Assembly (NCBI GenBank): GCA_030604825.1
Contig: JAUVVB010000002.1
Location: 27,905-91,904, forward strand
Direction: 5' to 3'
Source of the DNA: Chloroflexota bacterium
Lineage (GTDB): Bacteria > Chloroflexota > Dehalococcoidia > E44-bin15
DNA: 64,000 nucleotides
Shown here: piece after piece, positions 1 to 10,260 of the stretch
Layout: every line of letters begins with the position of its first letter
How positions within the stretch are numbered: the stretch's first letter is position 1
The notes under the pieces: generated by a model
What the model was told of the DNA's origin: nothing
Seen by the model: the letters and a program-made list of their open reading frames with translations, nothing else
Database searches by the model: none
Program-made: the position numbers and the translations under genes

Positions 1-757
1 TCTCCACCCCTTTTATGGCATTGATGCTCATCAATGCCTGGGCGATCCTGCCATCAAGGCGGCGCTCCCAGTGGACATGGCTCCCCAGGCCAATGGGCAC
101 CCCGGTGGCGATGACCTGGAAGATCCCCCCCACGCTGTCGCCTGCCTCCGTTGCCCTATCGATGGCAGCCATCATCTCCCTTTCCGCCTTGGCATCGGCG
201 CAGCGAAGGGGCGATTTTTCGAGCTGGGCCCAGTCTATATTTTGACTCTCTTTTGCTTTCACCCCTCCGATGGCAATGGTATGGCTGTGAATCTCGATGC
301 CGAACTCTTCGAGAAGCCTTCTTGCCACAGCGCCAACGGCAACCCTGGCTGCCGTCTCCCGGGCACTGGCCCGCTCCATGATGGGGCGGATATCCTCCAC
401 GCCGTATTTCAGCGCCCCTGGCAGGTCGGCATGGCCCGGACGCAGCCGGGTCACCGGCTCAATCTCTTGCTCCACAGGGGAAACGGCCATGACCTCCTTC
501 CAGTTCTCCCAGTCTCGATTCCAGATGAGGAGGGAGATGGGGCTGCCCATGGTCAGGCCATAGCGCACCCCGGAGAGGATTTCCGCCCTGTCCTGCTCCA
601 GCTCCATGCGGACGCTTCTGCCATATCCCCCCTGGCGGCGCTTAAGGTCGCGGGCGATATACCCCTCATCCAGGGGCAAGCCCGCAGGCACCCCCTCAAC
701 GATGGCGGTCAATGCTCGACCATGTGATTCCCCTGCGGTCAGAAAGCGAAATATCAT
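1..757 (-). CDS. aroC: chorismate synthase (5' part, runs off the window)
   Basis: Manual translation from ATG 757: [26 protein letters not shown]...RRQGGYGR, the canonical AroC N-terminus; near aroE. Confidence 0.95.
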   Translation of the reverse strand, partial: MIFRFLTAGESHGRALTAIVEGVPAGLPLDEGYIARDLKRRQGGYGRSVRMELEQDRAEILSGVRYGLTMGSPISLLIWNRDWENWKEVMAVSPVEQEIEPVTRLRPGHADLPGALKYGVEDIRPIMERASARETAARVAVGAVARRLLEEFGIEIHSHTIAIGGVKAKESQNIDWAQLEKSPLRCADAKAEREMMAAIDRATEAGDSVGGIFQVIATGVPIGLGSHVHWERRLDGRIAQALMSINAIKGVE

Positions 758-1158
758 TTGTCCTCCCCGAGCGCGGCGTTCAATGGTGGCAGTTCGTCAT
801 GGTCTTGTTGGTAGTCCTTCAGTAAGCGTTTTTCAAATTCCCCAGGATCTAAGGAGTGAGGCAGCTTCCCACACCACGCAATCTCAATCTGATACTTTTG
901 CATGAGTTTAGAAATTCGTTTGTTGGTCCATTGCGTTGGGCCAGGATGTACTATCTGATAAATTCGTCGGCGGAGATTAACCGTGCTACCAATATAGAGA
1001 ATGTCTGAAACTCCCTTCAAGCGTCCAATGCACTTTGCCCCTGCTAGCCTTAAAATATATGTTCCTGGAAGTTGTGGGACTTGGTCTGACCTGATCTGGT
1101 TCAGCAGGTGCCATAACGGAAAGTGTGTCTTAATACGCGCGTCTTGGCTGTCCATCAT
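754..1158 (-). CDS. GIY-YIG nuclease family protein
   Basis: PGTY...[13 protein letters not shown]...E...PPLN motifs; AT-richer than flanks; stop overlaps aroC start (ATGA). Confidence 0.75.
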   Translation of the reverse strand: MMDSQDARIKTHFPLWHLLNQIRSDQVPQLPGTYILRLAGAKCIGRLKGVSDILYIGSTVNLRRRIYQIVHPGPTQWTNKRISKLMQKYQIEIAWCGKLPHSLDPGEFEKRLLKDYQQDHDELPPLNAALGEDK

Positions 1159-1248
1159 GCCTCCTCTAGCATGATTTCGGGTGATTTTCTATCTGTCATA
1201 TTCGGAAAAAGCGAACTCGCTCCCGAGCAGAATTCGAACTAACTGATC

Positions 1249-2079
1249 CTACAACGCCTTTCTTGCCGCCTCAAACATTATGTCAACTGGCGGCTTCTTC
1301 CCTGTCCACAGCTCAAAGGCTATCACCCCTTGATAAACCATCATCGCCAGCCCGTTAAGGGTGCGCGCCCCAGCGCGCTTGGCATCCAAAAGCAGCGGCG
1401 TCTCTATGGGATTATACACCACATCGTAGACCAGCGCCTCCTTTGGGACAAGCCCCGGCTTGAGCGGGGACTGGCCCTCGGTGGCGCTATGCTTCATCCC
1501 CAGCGGGGTGCAGTTGACCACCAGGTCGCAAGGGGGGAGCGCATCGATAAAGTGCTCTGCCACAGATACGGAGACCCCCAGCGCCTCCAGGTCTTTGGCC
1601 AACTTCTCCGCCCGCTCAACGATGACATCGGTGATGACCAGCGACCTCACCCCTGCCCTGGCCAGGGCGAAGCCTGCTGCCCGGGCCACCCCCCCGGCAC
1701 CCAGAAGGATAGCCCTCTTTCCCGCGGGTTCAAAGCCCCCCTCTTGGCGCAGCGCCTGCAAAAAACCCTCGGCGTCGGTGTTATAGCCGATGAGCGTTCC
1801 CTCTCTATGGACTATGGTGTTGATGGCGCCAATCTGATGGGCGAGGTCGTCCCGCTCATCCACCAGCGGCATAACTGCCTCCTTGTGGGGGATGGTCACA
1901 TTAGCCCCCAGGGTTGAGGGCTGGCGAAGCCGCTCCATAATAGCCCCAAGCTCATCTGGCTTCGTCTCCCAGGCCTCATACCTAATGTCCAGGCCCAACT
2001 GGTCGAAGGCTGCCTGCTGCATCTGGGGGGACACGGAATGCCCCACGGGGTATCCGATAAGCCCAACATACTTTGTCAT
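1249..2079 (-). CDS. aroE: shikimate dehydrogenase
   Basis: GYPVGHSVSP, GANVTIPHKE, GYNTD, LLGAGG motifs. Confidence 0.97.
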   Translation of the reverse strand: MTKYVGLIGYPVGHSVSPQMQQAAFDQLGLDIRYEAWETKPDELGAIMERLRQPSTLGANVTIPHKEAVMPLVDERDDLAHQIGAINTIVHREGTLIGYNTDAEGFLQALRQEGGFEPAGKRAILLGAGGVARAAGFALARAGVRSLVITDVIVERAEKLAKDLEALGVSVSVAEHFIDALPPCDLVVNCTPLGMKHSATEGQSPLKPGLVPKEALVYDVVYNPIETPLLLDAKRAGARTLNGLAMMVYQGVIAFELWTGKKPPVDIMFEAARKAL

Positions 2080-2120
2080 GGCAAATTCCCCAAATTAAAA
2101 AAGCCGCTTTTTGCCTGGCA

Positions 2121-2540
2121 TTATTGGTTGCAAAGGGCGCGCCTGCTATCAAGGTAACTTTGCAGGATAAGGGCTGCTGCCATGGCATCGCGTCGCGCCC
2201 TTCGCTTCTCTCTCTTCATTCCGGCCTGGAGCAGCAGGCGCTCGGCAGCAACGGTGGAAAGCCGTTCATCCCAACTCTCTACGGGGATATCGGTGTGCTC
2301 AGAAAGCGCCTGGGAGAAGGCGAGGGTTCTCTCCGCCTGCTGGCCTATGCTGCCATCCAGGGAGCGGGGAAGCCCCACCACGATGAGCTTCGCCCCATGC
2401 TCCTCCGCCAGGGCAAGGATCCTCCTCACATCGGCCTCCTCCCCTGCCCGCTCCATCACGGTGAGGGGAACGGCCAGCATCCCTTCGGCGATGGCCACCC
2501 CGATCCGCTTCTCCCCGATATCGAGTCCAAGGGTGCTCAT
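2121..2540 (-). CDS. ruvX: YqgF/RuvX family resolvase-like nuclease
   Basis: LGLDIGEKRIGVA, VVGLP, WDERLST; standard position after alaS. Confidence 0.95.
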   Translation of the reverse strand: MSTLGLDIGEKRIGVAIAEGMLAVPLTVMERAGEEADVRRILALAEEHGAKLIVVGLPRSLDGSIGQQAERTLAFSQALSEHTDIPVESWDERLSTVAAERLLLQAGMKREKRRARRDAMAAALILQSYLDSRRALCNQ

Positions 2541-5206
2541 GATTTTTGGATGCTCTCCTTCAGCAGCTTTCTTGCCAGCTTCAGCGCTTCGCCTAGCTTA
2601 TTTTTGTCTCTGCCTCCACCCTGCCCTAGCTTGGCCGTCCCGCCGCCGCCTCCCCCGGTGACCGCTGCCACCTCCTTTACCAACCTGCCGGCATGAAATC
2701 CCCGCTTCACCGCATCGGCAGTTCCCATGACCACAAAGTTAGGTCTATCGTGGAGGATAGTGCCTAAAACGATTGCGCTTTTGCCCAGCTCCCCTTTCAG
2801 GAAGTCGCCCATCTGGCGCAACGCCTCGATGCTCGAGGCCTCCTCAACCGGCTCGGCCAGTATCTTGAACTCGCCAACGGGCTCAGCCTTTTCGGCCAGC
2901 TCTTTGGCCTTCCTCCTCAAAAGCTCTCGCTCCAGGGTGAGGGCCCTTTTTCGCTCTGCCTCCAGCTCGGCGCGAAGGTCGGAGATGCGGCCTTTGATAT
3001 CCAGCGCCTTGGCCCCCAGTTCCTGGGCGGTCTCCTCCACGATGGACACCTGTTTCTCAACGAACTCCTCGGCCCCCCTCCCGGTAACCGCCTCGATGCG
3101 GCGCATCCCGGCGCCAATGCTGCTCTCACCGAGGATGAGCAAAAGGCCGATCTCCCCGGTTAGCCTTACGTGGGTACCTCCACAGAGCTCACGGCTAAAG
3201 GGAGGCTTGCCGATCTCCAGCACCCTAACTTCCTCCCCGTACTTCTCTCCAAAGAAGGCCAGGGCACCTCGGGCTATCGCTTCCCTATAAGAGGTTCTCC
3301 TATCCCTCACCGGGAGGTTTTGGCGCACCCACTCATTGACCATGTGCTGCACCTCCATCAGTTGCTCCCGGGTCGGGGTGCTGGAATAGGTGAAGTCAAA
3401 TCTGAATCGGTCAGGGGCGACCAGTGACCCCGCTTGCTGCACCTGGCTTCCCAGCATCTGGCGCAGCGCTGCCTGAAGCAGATGGGTCGCTGTATGATTT
3501 CGGGCGATGTCCAGGCGGCGTTTTTCGTCCACGATGGCCTCGACCTCGTCATTGACTGATATTTGTCCTTCAACCACCTTTCCCTGATGAATGAAGAGGT
3601 CCTTATATGCCCCCTCCAGCTTCTCCGTATGCCTTATGGTGTTGGTGACCGTCATCCTGCCCTTTTCGCCGCGAATTTCGCCGCTATCACCAACCTGACC
3701 TCCCATCTCCCCGTAAAAGGGCGTCTCACGTAGGACAACCTCCACCTCATCGCCTTCGGAAGCTGTTTCCGCTGGCTGACCATCGAGAAGCAGTGCTACT
3801 ATGGTTGAGCCTTTTTTGAGGGCCTCATCGCCAACGAACACCGTTGGCGGGGCGCTGAGAGCGGCGTAGGCTTCCGCTTTCTCCTCCGCCGAAGCCACCC
3901 TCTGAGCTGCCCTGGCCCTCTCGCGCTGGCGCTCCATTTCCTCCTCAAAGGCCTCAAAATCCACCGTCAGCCCGTTCTCGGCGGCGATCTCAGCCGTCAA
4001 CTCCTTGGGGAAGCCATAGGTGTCATATAGCTTGAAAATATCTTCGCCAGAGATGGAGCTCTTCCCTTTCTGTTTGGCCTCCTCCATGATCCTATCGAGG
4101 AGATTGAGTCCCGTGACGAGGGTTTGGCTGAACCTTGCTTCCTCGGCCTCGATGGTGCTGAGAATGAAGTCCCGATTTGTCATCAGTTCCAGATACTGTT
4201 GCCCCATCTGGGACATGACGGCCCGTGCCAGACTGCCCAGGAAGGGCCCCTCCAGCCCCAGCTTCCTGCCGAACAGGGCGGCGCGGCGCAGCACGCGGCG
4301 CAGCACATAGCCCCGCCCCTCGTTGCTGGGCACTACGCCATCGGCGATGAGGAAGGTGATGGCGCGACCATGCTCTGCCACTATCCTCAGCGCCCGGTCG
4401 CTGGCTTCATCCTTTCCATAGCCCTTGCCAGCAAGCCTTGACACCAATTCTATGAGGGGGGCGAAGAGGTCGGTTTCATAGACCGACGCCTTCCCCTGAA
4501 CGGCGGCAGCAGTTCGCTCCAGGCCCATACCGGTATCGATATTGGGTTTGGGCAGGGGGACGCGTCGCCCATCCCTCTGCTGATCATACTGGGTGAAGAC
4601 CAGATTCCAGATCTCCACGAAGCGACCGCATTCGCAGCCCGGACCACATTCAGCCCTGCCACAGCCAATGCCCTCCCCCAGGTCATAGTGGATCTCGCTG
4701 CAGGGCCCGCAGGGTCCACTCTCACCGGCAGGTCCCCAAAAGTTGTCCTCCTCCCCAAAGCGAAGGATCCTCTCCCTGGGGACCCCAACCCCTTGCCAGT
4801 AGCGGAAAGCCTCATCGTCATCCAGGAAGATGGTAGCCCAAAGGCGTTCCGGGGGCAGCCCCAGGCTCTGGGTGACAAACTCCCAGGCCCATTCTATGGC
4901 CTCTCGCTTGAAGTAGTCGCCCACGCTGAAGTTCCCCAGCATCTCGAAGAAGGTTAGGTGCTTGGAATCGCCCACCGATTCGATGTCGGTGGTGCGGAAG
5001 CACTTCTGGCAGGATGCCAGGCGGGGGTGGGGGGGAGTTGCCTCTCCGGTAAAGTAACGCTTGAACTGCACCATGCCCGCGGTGGTCAGCAGCAGCGTTG
5101 GGTCTCCCAGGGGCACCAAGGAGGAGCTGGGAATTACCTGATGGCCCTTTTCCTCGAAAAAGCGGAGGAAAAGCTCCCTGATCTCGTCGCCGGTCACCTT
5201 CTTCAC
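2537..5206 (-). CDS. alaS: alanine--tRNA ligase
   Basis: HLTFFEMLGNFSVGDYFK, NIDTGMGLER, NHTATHLL, ELCGGTHV. Confidence 0.99.
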   Translation of the reverse strand: MKKVTGDEIRELFLRFFEEKGHQVIPSSSLVPLGDPTLLLTTAGMVQFKRYFTGEATPPHPRLASCQKCFRTTDIESVGDSKHLTFFEMLGNFSVGDYFKREAIEWAWEFVTQSLGLPPERLWATIFLDDDEAFRYWQGVGVPRERILRFGEEDNFWGPAGESGPCGPCSEIHYDLGEGIGCGRAECGPGCECGRFVEIWNLVFTQYDQQRDGRRVPLPKPNIDTGMGLERTAAAVQGKASVYETDLFAPLIELVSRLAGKGYGKDEASDRALRIVAEHGRAITFLIADGVVPSNEGRGYVLRRVLRRAALFGRKLGLEGPFLGSLARAVMSQMGQQYLELMTNRDFILSTIEAEEARFSQTLVTGLNLLDRIMEEAKQKGKSSISGEDIFKLYDTYGFPKELTAEIAAENGLTVDFEAFEEEMERQRERARAAQRVASAEEKAEAYAALSAPPTVFVGDEALKKGSTIVALLLDGQPAETASEGDEVEVVLRETPFYGEMGGQVGDSGEIRGEKGRMTVTNTIRHTEKLEGAYKDLFIHQGKVVEGQISVNDEVEAIVDEKRRLDIARNHTATHLLQAALRQMLGSQVQQAGSLVAPDRFRFDFTYSSTPTREQLMEVQHMVNEWVRQNLPVRDRRTSYREAIARGALAFFGEKYGEEVRVLEIGKPPFSRELCGGTHVRLTGEIGLLLILGESSIGAGMRRIEAVTGRGAEEFVEKQVSIVEETAQELGAKALDIKGRISDLRAELEAERKRALTLERELLRRKAKELAEKAEPVGEFKILAEPVEEASSIEALRQMGDFLKGELGKSAIVLGTILHDRPNFVVMGTADAVKRGFHAGRLVKEVAAVTGGGGGGTAKLGQGGGRDKNKLGEALKLARKLLKESIQKS

Positions 5207-5378
5207 CGTAATCCCAATTTACTTCTCCCCGATTTTATTGTAACCCAAGGTCATGTGTCAATGAGCAGCGCCATCGCCGCTGACTTGACAACCCCAAGGC
5301 GGTTGTGTTAAGTTTGACTATCCCCCAGAACCCGATTGCCTCAGCTAACTTAAACGACAAAAACGAGGACTATGGGTA

Positions 5379-6923
5379 ATGCCTACGCCCAACCGGCGGG
5401 AGAATCGCAGAGCTCTACTTAGCTATCGGTGCCAAGAGCTGCTGGAGCAAAGGGGGCTCATCCTCGCTAGCAACCGAGGTCCCATTGAATACCATATTAC
5501 TGAAGATGGTAAATTACAGGGGCGCCGCGGCAGTGGCGGAGTGGTCACTGCCCTTAGCGCTATCAGCCAATATGTGGCGCTTACCTGGATTGCCAGTGCC
5601 ACCGGTGAAGGAGACCGCAAGGCTGCGCAAATGGCTCAACATGGCCGCCTTAAGGCACCCCTGGTTGGACATAATCTTTACCTCCGCTTCGTAGTTTCAT
5701 CGGGGAGCACCTATCATAAGTTCTACAGCGTCTTTTGTAATCCCCTTTTATGGTTCCTGCAACATTGCATGTGGAATTCCTCTCATACCCCCAACATCGA
5801 TGCCCGGGTCCACGATGCCTGGGAAAACGGCTATGTACAGGTAAACAAGGCCTTTGCTCAAGCAGTGATTGCCGAGGTCCGGGAAAGCGATCGCCTTCCC
5901 CTGGTGATGCTCCATGATTATCATCTTTATCTGGCTGCCGATTACATTCGGAGGGAATTGCCCGATGTCATCCTTCAGCACTTCACCCACATCCCCTGGC
6001 CCGGACCTCACTACTGGCAACTGCTTACCAGTTGCATGCGCAAGGCCATCTGTCGGGGCCTTTGCGCCAACGACATCGTTGGCATGCAAACGAAGAGGGA
6101 TGTGCAAAACTTCCTCCACACCTGTGAGGTCTTTATCGATGGGTCTGAGGTGGATTTTAAGAAGGACACCGTCTTGGTGGATGGCCACCTCACCAAGGTT
6201 AACTCCTATCCCATATCCGTGGATGTAGCTAACCTGCAGCGGGTAGTCAATACGCCCTGGGTTCAAGGATATGAGGAAAAGCTCCGCCCCTTATGCGGCG
6301 ACAAGACCATTGTCCGGGTGGACCGCATGGAGCCCAGCAAGAACATCCTGCGTGGTTTTAGGACTTTTGATATGCTCCTGGAGAGCCACCCTGAGCTGAG
6401 GGGGAAGGTTAACTACCTGGCCTTTTTGGTGCCATCGCGCACTCATATCAGGCAGTACCAGAGGTATACCCAACAGGTCAATGAGTTAATCGCGGCGATA
6501 AACGCCAAGTATGGCAACCAGGAATGGCTGCCGATCAGGGTGTTCTTGGAAAATAACCACGCCCAGGCGCTGGCTGGTCTGCGCCTCTACGATGTGCTGG
6601 TGGTAAACCCGGTAGCCGATGGCATGAACCTGGTGGCCAAGGAGGGGCCAACGGTCAATATCCGCGATGGCGTCCTGGTGCTCTCCGACGCTGCTGGAGC
6701 CCACGAGCAGCTTGGCGAGCATGCCCTTTCCGTGTCGCCAACGGACCTGCAGGGAACCATGGAGGCAATGTATCAGGCCCTATTTATGCCCGCTGAGGAG
6801 CGGGAAAGGCGAGCCACTGCGTTGAGGAAATCCATTGAACAAGAAGATGTGGGCATGTGGCTCTACCGGCAGCTTGAGGACCTCACCGCTCTGGCTCGGG
6901 AACGGTCGCTGCAAGCCATCTGA
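5379..6923 (+). CDS. otsA: trehalose-6-phosphate synthase (GT20)
   Basis: ASNRGP, GGVVTAL, HDYHL, FTHIPWP, VDRMEPSKN, DGMNLVAKE. Confidence 0.93.
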   Translation: MPTPNRRENRRALLSYRCQELLEQRGLILASNRGPIEYHITEDGKLQGRRGSGGVVTALSAISQYVALTWIASATGEGDRKAAQMAQHGRLKAPLVGHNLYLRFVVSSGSTYHKFYSVFCNPLLWFLQHCMWNSSHTPNIDARVHDAWENGYVQVNKAFAQAVIAEVRESDRLPLVMLHDYHLYLAADYIRRELPDVILQHFTHIPWPGPHYWQLLTSCMRKAICRGLCANDIVGMQTKRDVQNFLHTCEVFIDGSEVDFKKDTVLVDGHLTKVNSYPISVDVANLQRVVNTPWVQGYEEKLRPLCGDKTIVRVDRMEPSKNILRGFRTFDMLLESHPELRGKVNYLAFLVPSRTHIRQYQRYTQQVNELIAAINAKYGNQEWLPIRVFLENNHAQALAGLRLYDVLVVNPVADGMNLVAKEGPTVNIRDGVLVLSDAAGAHEQLGEHALSVSPTDLQGTMEAMYQALFMPAEERERRATALRKSIEQEDVGMWLYRQLEDLTALARERSLQAI

Positions 6924-7683
6924 GGAATCGCTCCGCATCCCCTACCCCGTTGAGGGTAAAGTCCGCCTCCTTCTCTACCTGGTGCGATGTCTCCTCGTCA
7001 ACGACGCCCAGGGCTAAGCCTTTGAATGGGGCACTATGAAGGGCGGCAAAGGCATCGACATCGCTGATGTCATCGCCGAGGTAGATCCCCCCCTTCAGGC
7101 GATAGCTCTCCACCAGCCCCAATAACGCAATCCCCTTATTCACCTCCACGGGCGGCCTTAGCTCCACCACCATCCTCCCCTCCACGATGCGAAACCCCCT
7201 GGCTGAAGGGGATTTTGCTATCCTTTCCATGATATAGCCCCTGGCCATCTGGTGATGGGGACATTGGCGGTAGTGGATGGAGAGCGCTATCCCCTTGTTC
7301 TCCAAGGCAATGCCTTCCATGGCGAGAAGGCTGCCGAGTTCCCCCAGCGTTGCCTTTACCTTGGCACCATATTCCGCCACCCCCTCCATCATCGCCACCT
7401 TGCCATCCGCCCATCGCTCAAGGCCATGGTTGCCGATATAGACCATACCCTCAACCCCTATCATCTCCCTGGCTTGCTGGGCGGGGCGTCCTGAGATGGC
7501 GGCAACCAGTGCTAGCCTTTTGCTGAGGGTGGCCAGGCTTTCCCGGCAGCGGGGGGAGACTCGTGCCTCCTCGGGGTAGGCAGCGATCTCGCTTATCGTC
7601 CCATCGATGTCGGTGATCAGCCCCAGGGGGGACAGGGTTAACACCTCTAGAACGGCCTCAAGATTGTCGAATAGATAAGGCAT
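6883..7683 (-). CDS. otsB: trehalose-6-phosphate phosphatase (HAD)
   Basis: TDIDGTISEI, ISGR, GNHGLE, SIHYR, NKG, YLGDDISDVDAF. Confidence 0.92.
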   Translation of the reverse strand: MPYLFDNLEAVLEVLTLSPLGLITDIDGTISEIAAYPEEARVSPRCRESLATLSKRLALVAAISGRPAQQAREMIGVEGMVYIGNHGLERWADGKVAMMEGVAEYGAKVKATLGELGSLLAMEGIALENKGIALSIHYRQCPHHQMARGYIMERIAKSPSARGFRIVEGRMVVELRPPVEVNKGIALLGLVESYRLKGGIYLGDDISDVDAFAALHSAPFKGLALGVVDEETSHQVEKEADFTLNGVGDAERFLRWLAATVPEPER

Positions 7684-7703
7684 AGCACCCCTGGCGATGG
7701 CGC

Positions 7704-8639
7704 CTATTCGCCCTCTTCTTCGGATGGTGGCGGCAGCACCTCTTCAGTGGGTGGTGGGGCCTGGCTGGGCGGGGCCCCTGCCGCAAAGCCCGGTGGCGGT
7801 GGGCTGCCGAAGTAGACCTTGGTATGAGGCCAGGGGATCTCGATGCCTTCCTCGTCGAAAACCCTCTTTATCCTCCTCCTCAGCTCCCCCATCACCTCCC
7901 ACTGCCTGATGGGCTTGGTCTCCCCCAGTATCTTGATGGCAATCCCCGAATCCTCAAAGGCGTCCACCCTCCGCACTTGAGGCGCACCAAGGATAAGCTC
8001 ACCCCAGTAGGGGTCCTCGGTCATTTCTTTGCCTATCCTATTTAAGACTTCGGTCACGTGGTCGAGGTCCTCGCCATAGCCTACCGAGATGTTCATGTTC
8101 ACTCGCGACCAGTCCTGAGTGAAGTTTGAGGCCACCCTGATCTCCCCGTTGGGAACGGAGTGCACTATGCCATCCAGGTCCCTGAGAACGGTTCGCCTCA
8201 GGTTTATCTCCTCCACGATGCCGGCAATATCGGCGACCTTCACCACATCGCCCACACTGTATTGATTTTCAATAAGGATGAGAAGCCCAGCGATAAGGTC
8301 CCTGACCAGGCTCTGGGCACCGAAACCGATGGCGATGCCAGCAATGCCGAATCCGGCGACCACCGGGGTTATGTTGATCCCTATCTCAGCGAGGATCATA
8401 AAGGCGGCAGCCACTATGATGAGCACCACCCCCGTGCGCACAAAAACACGGGACAGGGTTTTTATCCTCTGCTCTACCTCCTCCTCAGGCTTTTTCGCCA
8501 TCCTCTTCGGTATTGTAAGCCTTAGCGCTGGGGGCACCAGCCGGTGCAGAGTGAAGTACAAAGCGGCGCAAACTATGAGGATGATGAGGATGCGAACGCC
8601 GTGGGAAGCGAGCCAATCCAAGACAGGTGTCCAGTCCAT
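7704..8639 (-). CDS. MscS family mechanosensitive channel
   Basis: GIAIGFGAQSLVRDLIAG, YSVGDVV, INLRRTVLRD, VPNG. Confidence 0.93.
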   Translation of the reverse strand: MDWTPVLDWLASHGVRILIILIVCAALYFTLHRLVPPALRLTIPKRMAKKPEEEVEQRIKTLSRVFVRTGVVLIIVAAAFMILAEIGINITPVVAGFGIAGIAIGFGAQSLVRDLIAGLLILIENQYSVGDVVKVADIAGIVEEINLRRTVLRDLDGIVHSVPNGEIRVASNFTQDWSRVNMNISVGYGEDLDHVTEVLNRIGKEMTEDPYWGELILGAPQVRRVDAFEDSGIAIKILGETKPIRQWEVMGELRRRIKRVFDEEGIEIPWPHTKVYFGSPPPPGFAAGAPPSQAPPPTEEVLPPPSEEEGE

Positions 8640-8654
8640 GATTTCCCTCCCTAA

Positions 8655-10181
8655 TTACTGCACCAGGCTCCGCGGGCGATACTGAATCGCCTCGGCGAGG
8701 TGGCTGGTGCTGATGGTCTGGGAACCGGCGAGGTCGGCGATGGTGCGGGCAAGCTTGAGGATGCGGTGAAAGGCGCGGGCGGAAAGGGAGAGTTGCCTCA
8801 TCGCTGCCCGGAGCAGGCCCTGAGCCTCCGCCTCCACCTGGCAGAACTCCCTTACCTCCACCGGGGTCATCTCCGCATTGCAGGTGAGCTTTGTTCCTTG
8901 AAACCGCTCTTGCTGAACCTGGCGCGCCCTTCCCACCCGGGAGCGGACCTCTTCCGAGCTTTCCCCCATTCTCTCATCGGTGAGCTTCTCATATTCGATG
9001 CGGGGCACCTGCACGAAGATGTCGATCCTATCCAGGAGAGGGCCGCTGATCCGCTTCTGATAGCGTGAGATCATCCCCGGGGAACAGGTGCATTCCTTAA
9101 CCGGATCCCCGAAATAGCCACAGGGGCAGGGATTCATCGCCGCCACCATCATGAAATTTGCGGTGAAGGTGACGCTCCCCTGGGCGCGGCTGATGGTGAC
9201 CACCTTGTCCTCCAGGGGCTGGCGAAGCGTCTCCAGCGTGGCATGCCCAAATTCGGGGAATTCGTCCAGGAAGAGAACGCCGCGGTGGCTCAGGCTTATC
9301 TCCCCAGGCCGAGGCCAGCGTCCCCCGCCAACCAGCCCGGCATGGGATATGGTGTAATGGGGGGCGCGAAAGGGGCGCTGCCGGATCAGGGGGGTATCCG
9401 GGGGCAGCAGGCCGCTCACGCTATAGATCTTGGTAACCTCCAGGGCCTCCGCCATGCTCATCTGGGGCAGGATGGTGGGCAACGAGCGTGCCAGCAGGGT
9501 CTTTCCGCTTCCCGGGGGACCGCTCATCACCAGGTTGTGCCCTCCGGCAGCCGCCACCTCCAGGGCTCGCTTCACGTGCTCCTGCCCCTTTATGTGAGCC
9601 AGGTCCATCGCCTGCCATCCCCCTGGGGTTAGAGCCTCTATTTCCCCCTCAGGGTGGTAGGGGGGGATAATCGCCTCGCTGCGAAGGTGAGATGCTAGCT
9701 CGGCAAGGGAATTCACCGGGATGATGTTCACCCCTTCCACCAGTGACGCCTCCCTGGCATCGGCAGCGGGGACAAAGACGGTGGAAAGCCCCTTCTCTTG
9801 GGCAAGGGCAACCATGGGCAGGATGCCATGGGTGTGGCGCACGCTGCCATCCAGGGAGAGCTCCCCCAGGAAGAGCATGTGGGATATATCTGCGGCGAGC
9901 TGCTCTGAGCTGAGGAGGATGCCCACCGCCATGGGCAGGTCATAGGCGGGCCCCTCCTTCTTCAGGTCGGCGGGGGCTAGGTTCACGGTGATTCGCTTCA
10001 TGGGGAAGGTGCAGTCAGAGTTCCTGATGGCAGCCCGCACCCGCTCCCTGGCCTCCTGCACTGCGGTATCGGGCAGCCCAACAATGGTCATCATGGGTAA
10101 GCCAGCCGAAATATCAACCTCCACATCAACAATCTGAGCATCAAGACCCACCACTGCGGCACTATTTACCTTCGCTAGCAT
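8655..10181 (-). CDS. comM: YifB/ComM Mg-chelatase-like AAA ATPase
   Basis: ITVNLAPADLKKEG, GPPGSGKT, FRAPHYT, AAMNPCPCGY. Confidence 0.92.
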   Translation of the reverse strand: MLAKVNSAAVVGLDAQIVDVEVDISAGLPMMTIVGLPDTAVQEARERVRAAIRNSDCTFPMKRITVNLAPADLKKEGPAYDLPMAVGILLSSEQLAADISHMLFLGELSLDGSVRHTHGILPMVALAQEKGLSTVFVPAADAREASLVEGVNIIPVNSLAELASHLRSEAIIPPYHPEGEIEALTPGGWQAMDLAHIKGQEHVKRALEVAAAGGHNLVMSGPPGSGKTLLARSLPTILPQMSMAEALEVTKIYSVSGLLPPDTPLIRQRPFRAPHYTISHAGLVGGGRWPRPGEISLSHRGVLFLDEFPEFGHATLETLRQPLEDKVVTISRAQGSVTFTANFMMVAAMNPCPCGYFGDPVKECTCSPGMISRYQKRISGPLLDRIDIFVQVPRIEYEKLTDERMGESSEEVRSRVGRARQVQQERFQGTKLTCNAEMTPVEVREFCQVEAEAQGLLRAAMRQLSLSARAFHRILKLARTIADLAGSQTISTSHLAEAIQYRPRSLVQ

Positions 10182-10260
10182 CCCGGGATCGTGTTCCTTT
10201 CACCCTATCGGCTTGCAGCGGCAATTATACTACACGGAAGCTCGTGGCTTCAAGGCATGA

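Noticed and set aside
71-727. Long plus-strand ORF and similar antisense ORFs across the window
   Set aside because: Shadow frames opposite well-supported genes in GC-rich DNA.
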